Shown in pieces: positions 59,271-64,000 of a stretch of DNA of 64,000 bases; position 1 is the first letter of the stretch, and each line of letters opens with the position of its first letter. Position numbers and translations under genes: made by a program. The notes beneath the pieces are model-generated. The model was not told where the DNA came from. It made no database searches and saw nothing but the letters and a program-made list of their open reading frames with translations. Source of the DNA: an uncultured Hyphomicrobiales bacterium (GTDB taxonomy: Bacteria; Bacteroidota; Ignavibacteria; Kapaibacteriales; UBA2268); contig CAZGCT010000005.1 in NCBI GenBank assembly GCA_964524325.1, positions 61,592 through 125,591 on the forward strand. Direction: 5' to 3'.

Positions 59271-61570
59271 TCGGTTCTAACAAAATGTTTGACTTCCCGA
59301 AAAATCCCAGAACTCATCTGAATGAAGTATACCCCAGTTGGTAAATGTGAAGTGTTGAAACGAACGTAATATTCCCCTGGTTTTAGCACATTGTCGTGGA
59401 AGTTAACAATTAAATCACCATAAGAATTGAAGATAGCAACTTTGGTATGAGTTTCGAAAGCGACGGTAAATTTAAACATTAATTCATTATCTGTGGGATT
59501 TGGAGTTGGTTCACCAAGGCTAAAGAAACCACGATTACCATCAAAAAGTTTAAAATTAAGACCGCAAAGTGAGTCCAATCGCACAAAGCTGGACTTAGTT
59601 ACCGGCGTCAAAGCACGCGAGCAAATTCCATCGCCAAAACGAGGTGAAAGGAATTCTATAGGGGTTTCAACTTCGTTTCCAAGATAGGTATTGAAGTTCA
59701 GAACAATTAAAGAGTCTGAAGGTTGGAAGAATTCGTTCCATTTTGTCGATATGTTAATAGAAAGTAAACCTTGGGAAATTTCCTTTATATTGATTTCATT
59801 TGCTTTGATAGATGCAGTTCCAAGATTTGAACTACTAGTGAATTCTAATATTTGAGGATTATATTGCAAAGTATCCTGATATTCTTTAACACGGGGTATT
59901 CTTTCTTTTTGAACAAGTATGGGGATTGAGATTGGTGAACCCGGTTTAAATCGAATTTCTTCGGGGAAAGCAACATTTATTGGGTCTGGCAAAACGCCGT
60001 TGGCTTTTAATTTTATGCGTAAAGTGTCGCGAATTTTTGAGAAACTTGAAGTTAAAACAACATGGGCTTCGTAGGATCCAGTAGTACGTGCAGTAGAGTC
60101 AAAGACAATTCTCAAATTTTTGTTAGAAAAAGGAGGAATTTCAAAATTTTCCTCAAAAATCTTAAAAGGAGTTTGTGGATATTCTGGCTCGATACGAACA
60201 TTTCTTACTTGGAGTACGTAATTTCCAGAATTGGTTAAACGAATTGATGTATCCCTAATAGATGGGCAACCTTCTGCATTGTTTACTATAATGTTCCCAA
60301 AGTCAATGGAATCGACTTCTGCAGACAGTTTTGGAGCTAACCCAACACCACGTATGAAAAAAATAATTTCTTTTGCATTATCGGGATAGCCAAATATTCG
60401 TCTGTTTGAAATGTCGCTTGTTAATTTTATTCTGGCAAGAAAAGTGTCTCTTTGTGTTGGTGTAAAAACAACAGTAAAAGAATCGATTTGAGTAGGAAGT
60501 ATTTGCTTACCAGCACCCAAAGAATCAAGGAAACGAAAGCCGCTCGAAGGGGTATTAGTGAAGAAGTTGAGTATTTCTTGTTTAGTAGCTCTAAAAGCCA
60601 AGTTGCCATTATTTTGCAAGTATATTTTAATTACTTTTGATGTGTCGATGGGGACAGAACCCAGGTCGATGAAGTTACCAATTATTTCAGCATTTTCAAC
60701 TTTTTGTATTTCAATCTTTTGCGTTACACCAACGCCGCGAATTATTGTTTGGACAGTTAGCGTAGTGTCGGGATTGCTAGGGGGACGATATAAAAAACGA
60801 ACCAGGGCTGTATCGCGGCCAAGATTTATGGGATAATAGGAAATTTTCCATCTTTGTCGTTCATCGCCAGAACGATACTCTGCGAATGTTAAAGGTAATT
60901 GCTTACGTTCCAAACGAATTTCAGCATTCAAAGAACGAAAAAAGATTATGCTATCAAGGGAAAGTTCATTGCGAGAGTTATTTTGTACGGTAAGAACTTT
61001 GTAAAGTGTATCTGTAGGAGGAACCCAGACCGAGTCGAAGTCTATTAAATTTTCATAAACGTCAAGTTCGTTAACACTTTTTCTTGCTACTAGAACGAAT
61101 TCGCGACCCTTAAGGATTTGGGATAGTGAAGTGGGAGGATCGCTGATTCTAGGGTCGAACAAACCAACCCAAAGTTTAACGATTTTTTTCCCAGGTGGAA
61201 ACAACGGAGATGGTGCAAAAGGAATGTATTTAACTGGAAACAAATAATTTTCATTTGTATCGATTAAACGAGGGAGGTCCCTTGGTCCAAAAAATTCAAA
61301 GAAATCCAAATTGTTTGGGTCATCCACCCCACGCCCGATTAGGAACGTGTAGTCGTTTCCACCGATCTTTAGGATTTGTCCACTGAAATTAATTAGATTG
61401 AAAAGAGTTTCTAGAGAATCCCCAACAACACACATTCCCATATCAACTGTATCCGATGAAGTAAATTCATTAAAAATTAATATGGGACCTTGAGAGCGTA
61501 ATGTGTAGTGCCCACACAATATGCTCAAAACCAAAAACCAGATAATGAAAATCCTTTTCAAAATCATCAA
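59267..61570 (-). CDS. T9SS-secreted protein with tandem Ig-like (ASH/choice-of-anchor-D-like) domains and a cohesin-like domain
   Basis: Signal peptide; repeated IDFG/DLG..V...I.L.N.GN..L.V modules; C-terminal EPTPNP...IFNSYG...GEY...LPTGVYF sorting domain. Confidence 0.8.
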   Translation of the reverse strand: MMILKRIFIIWFLVLSILCGHYTLRSQGPILIFNEFTSSDTVDMGMCVVGDSLETLFNLINFSGQILKIGGNDYTFLIGRGVDDPNNLDFFEFFGPRDLPRLIDTNENYLFPVKYIPFAPSPLFPPGKKIVKLWVGLFDPRISDPPTSLSQILKGREFVLVARKSVNELDVYENLIDFDSVWVPPTDTLYKVLTVQNNSRNELSLDSIIFFRSLNAEIRLERKQLPLTFAEYRSGDERQRWKISYYPINLGRDTALVRFLYRPPSNPDTTLTVQTIIRGVGVTQKIEIQKVENAEIIGNFIDLGSVPIDTSKVIKIYLQNNGNLAFRATKQEILNFFTNTPSSGFRFLDSLGAGKQILPTQIDSFTVVFTPTQRDTFLARIKLTSDISNRRIFGYPDNAKEIIFFIRGVGLAPKLSAEVDSIDFGNIIVNNAEGCPSIRDTSIRLTNSGNYVLQVRNVRIEPEYPQTPFKIFEENFEIPPFSNKNLRIVFDSTARTTGSYEAHVVLTSSFSKIRDTLRIKLKANGVLPDPINVAFPEEIRFKPGSPISIPILVQKERIPRVKEYQDTLQYNPQILEFTSSSNLGTASIKANEINIKEISQGLLSINISTKWNEFFQPSDSLIVLNFNTYLGNEVETPIEFLSPRFGDGICSRALTPVTKSSFVRLDSLCGLNFKLFDGNRGFFSLGEPTPNPTDNELMFKFTVAFETHTKVAIFNSYGDLIVNFHDNVLKPGEYYVRFNTSHLPTGVYFIQMSSGIFREVKHFVRTE

Positions 61571-61872
61571 TTTCTTGTTCTTTTAGATATACAAATTAAT
61601 AAATTCAAATGTGTTAAAAAAAACTGACAATTTCAAATAGAAATTAGAAGACTTTTCTGATATTTTGGAATTTTATTTTTTATTGACAGAAATATTATTT
61701 ATTTATTTATTTCAAATTTTATTTTATCCATTCAAAAAATTTAGAGAGTGGCTTAGGGGTAAATCTAAAATTTTGGAATTATTGAAGTAATTCTATACAG
61801 TAAACAAAAGTATTGTTAACAATTTTATTTTTAGATATTCTTAATTTTGTTTTTTTGTTTTAAAAGTTTATT

Positions 61873-63138
61873 ATGCAAGGAACACCTAAATCACTTAGAA
61901 TACATATTGCTCTTGTGGGCAGAACTAATGTTGGAAAGTCCAGCTTTCTCAACTTTATCACCAACCAAGATGTGTCGATTGTTTCGCCAGTTCCGGGTAC
62001 AACGACAGATATTGTAGAAAAGCCAATCGAATTACTCCCCGTCGGCCCAGTTAACATCTTGGATACTGGGGGCTTAGACGATACTTCTATTCTTTCCGAA
62101 GAGCGTATCAAGCGAACTCAAAAGATTTTCGACCGCGCCGATGTTGTTGTTTTGATAACCGAGCCGAACATTTGGACAGATTTTGAAACCAACGTTGTCG
62201 AAACAACAAAGAAGCGCAGCCTTCCTTTGATTGTTGTTGTTAATAAAATTGATTTAGCAACTCCCAAAGTGGACTTTCTTACTACAATAAACAAGTTTTC
62301 CGATGCAATTCTGTATATTTCGAGTTTGGACAAATCAAGTTATAATAAAAAGTTAGATGAATTTAAAGGATTATTATTAAAAATTACCAAAGACATACAA
62401 GGCTCCGAACCTATACTTCTTGGCGATTTACTTCCAAAGGATGGCTTTGCGATTTTTATTGTACCTATCGATAGCCAAGCTCCGAAAGGAAGGATAATAC
62501 TTCCCCAAGTGCAAGCAATTCGCGATGTTCTAGATAGCAATTGTGCTGTTTTGGTTGTGAAAGAAACAGAATACAAGAAATATTTAGACTCCTTGGGGAG
62601 AAGACCAGACCTTGTTGTCTGCGATTCTCAAGTAGTTGATAAAATGATTGCTGAAACACCAGAAGATGTGAAATGCACAACTTTTTCCATCCTATTTTGT
62701 AGATTCAAGGGTGATTTGATGACAGAAGTAATTGGAGCAGCACATTCCGAAAAGCTGGAAGATGGTGACAACATATTGATTGCAGAAGCCTGCAGTCATC
62801 ACCCAATGGAGGATGATATTGGTCGAATTAAAATTCCTCGATGGTTGCAACATTATCTAGGTAAAAGATTCAATTTCGATTTGGCTGTTGGACGCGACTT
62901 TCCCGAAGATTTGACCAAATATAAATTAATAATCCATTGTGGTTCTTGTATGCTTACCCGTCGAGAAAAACTTGTAAGAATCCATAAAGCCTTGGACACT
63001 GGTGTACCCATAACAAATTATGGGTTAATTATTGCCAAAAGCAAAGGAGTTTTGGAACGAGTGCTTTCTCCATTTCCAGACATATTAAAGTCTTACAGAA
63101 ATGTTTTATGTTCTAGCAAAAAGGTTTTAACTTTGTAA
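61873..63138 (+). CDS. hydF: [FeFe]-hydrogenase H-cluster maturation GTPase
   Basis: GRTNVGKSS, GTT, DTGG, NKID, GRIILPQVQ motifs; FeS ligand motif EACSHH...HCGSC. Confidence 0.95.
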   Translation: MQGTPKSLRIHIALVGRTNVGKSSFLNFITNQDVSIVSPVPGTTTDIVEKPIELLPVGPVNILDTGGLDDTSILSEERIKRTQKIFDRADVVVLITEPNIWTDFETNVVETTKKRSLPLIVVVNKIDLATPKVDFLTTINKFSDAILYISSLDKSSYNKKLDEFKGLLLKITKDIQGSEPILLGDLLPKDGFAIFIVPIDSQAPKGRIILPQVQAIRDVLDSNCAVLVVKETEYKKYLDSLGRRPDLVVCDSQVVDKMIAETPEDVKCTTFSILFCRFKGDLMTEVIGAAHSEKLEDGDNILIAEACSHHPMEDDIGRIKIPRWLQHYLGKRFNFDLAVGRDFPEDLTKYKLIIHCGSCMLTRREKLVRIHKALDTGVPITNYGLIIAKSKGVLERVLSPFPDILKSYRNVLCSSKKVLTL

Positions 63139-63141
63139 CTT

Positions 63142-63507
63142 ATGAAATTATTCAAGAAAAATAAAAAAAATTTTAACTATTTGGAAATGCATCCGTATCG
63201 AAGCTATCAATATGAAATCCGAAGCGATGGCTTAGTGGATGTACTTGTTCCAAAATTCACAAGTAGGTTTGCAAGGAAGTACATTCTGCCAAGAATGAAA
63301 AATCCTTACTTTCGAGCAAATATGGATGCATTGGGAAGTTATCTCTGGCTCAATATTGACGGAAAGACAAAAGTATCAACTCTTATCGATAAAATGGTTG
63401 AAAGGTTCGGCGACCAAATTCAACCAGCAACTGAAAGAGTACTATTATTTTTAACGCAACTTTACAACGCTGGTTTTATCAGTTTTTTTGAATTAAAAAA
63501 GGAGTAA
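63142..63507 (+). CDS. PqqD-family (RRE-like) small protein
   Basis: VLVPKF...MDALGSYLWLNIDGKTKV..LI...F...LLFLTQLYNAGFI matches the PqqD-like winged-helix pattern. Confidence 0.7.
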   Translation: MKLFKKNKKNFNYLEMHPYRSYQYEIRSDGLVDVLVPKFTSRFARKYILPRMKNPYFRANMDALGSYLWLNIDGKTKVSTLIDKMVERFGDQIQPATERVLLFLTQLYNAGFISFFELKKE

Positions 63508-63509
63508 AC

Positions 63510-64000
63510 ATGGGAAATATTCTTGGGAATCTGGAACCCAAAGTAGTTTGGGAAATTTTTGAGGAAATTACTCAGGTGCCTCGACCATCCAAGCGAGAGG
63601 AGAAAATTATTGCTTGGGCGATTGATTTTGCGACCAAGCATGGTTTGGAGTATAAGCAAGATAAGCTTGGAAATTTAGTTATTCGAAAGCCTGCTACTTC
63701 GGGTATGGAAAACCGCCAAGGAGTTGTTATTCAAGGACACTTGGATATGGTTTGCGAAAAAAATGCAGATGTTGTGCATGATTTTTTGAACGACCCAATT
63801 AAGCCATATATCGATGGCGATTGGGTAAAAGCTCAGGGGACCACACTTGGTGCTGATAATGGTATAGGTGTTGCCATGGGGCTAGCTGTATTAGCTACCC
63901 CAGACGTTGCACATCCAGATATCGAAGTCTTGCTCACTTTGGACGAGGAAACTGGACTTACTGGTGCACAACAACTTGGAACCGACCTGGTAGAAAATAG
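63510..64000 (+). CDS. pepD: Aminoacyl-histidine dipeptidase (M20C), 5' part, runs off the window end
   Basis: Translated by hand (not in ORF track): MGNILGNLEPKVVWEIFEEITQVPRPSKRE...QGHLDMVCEK...TTLGADNGIG...DEETG; AAGGAG RBS. Confidence 0.93.
   Translation, partial: MGNILGNLEPKVVWEIFEEITQVPRPSKREEKIIAWAIDFATKHGLEYKQDKLGNLVIRKPATSGMENRQGVVIQGHLDMVCEKNADVVHDFLNDPIKPYIDGDWVKAQGTTLGADNGIGVAMGLAVLATPDVAHPDIEVLLTLDEETGLTGAQQLGTDLVEN

Overview
AT-rich chromosomal window, almost all housekeeping genes. Gene content points to the Bacteroidota/Chlorobiota/Ignavibacteriota clade (inference, possibly Ignavibacteria or Kapabacteria-like): a T9SS C-terminal-domain protein, TAnnTTTG promoter boxes, Gln after signal peptides, a bat/moxR cluster and a fused E1 alpha-beta. 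About 57 CDS, one tRNA-Gly(GCC) and several intrinsic terminators are supported. Recognised genes include lgt, nadK, lipB, rpoN, dxs, ribBA, yajC, tgt, nnr, greA, moxR, batA, pth, comM, glgA, pruA, serS, uvrA, 2-oxoacid dehydrogenase E1/E2, tricorn protease, an amino-acid ABC transporter, rfaE1/E2, hydF and pepD (partial). I saw no CRISPR array, rRNA, transposase, integrase or phage structural gene. The most striking element is a ~1.5 kb stand-alone phage-type switch at 55.3-56.8 kb. A Mu Mor/C-family activator is divergent from a CI/LexA-like repressor split into two genes (XRE HTH protein plus S24 Ser-Lys peptidase). The two sides are separated by a 60-bp inverted repeat with a perfect 16-1-16 core, whose outer arms are face-to-face TAnnTTTG promoter boxes. 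Other oddities: a Cache chemoreceptor with no signalling domain, a 229-aa ORFan, a 1.15 kb ORF-less gap, a hydF-PqqD-like-pepD cluster, and a GlgA with altered conserved residues.
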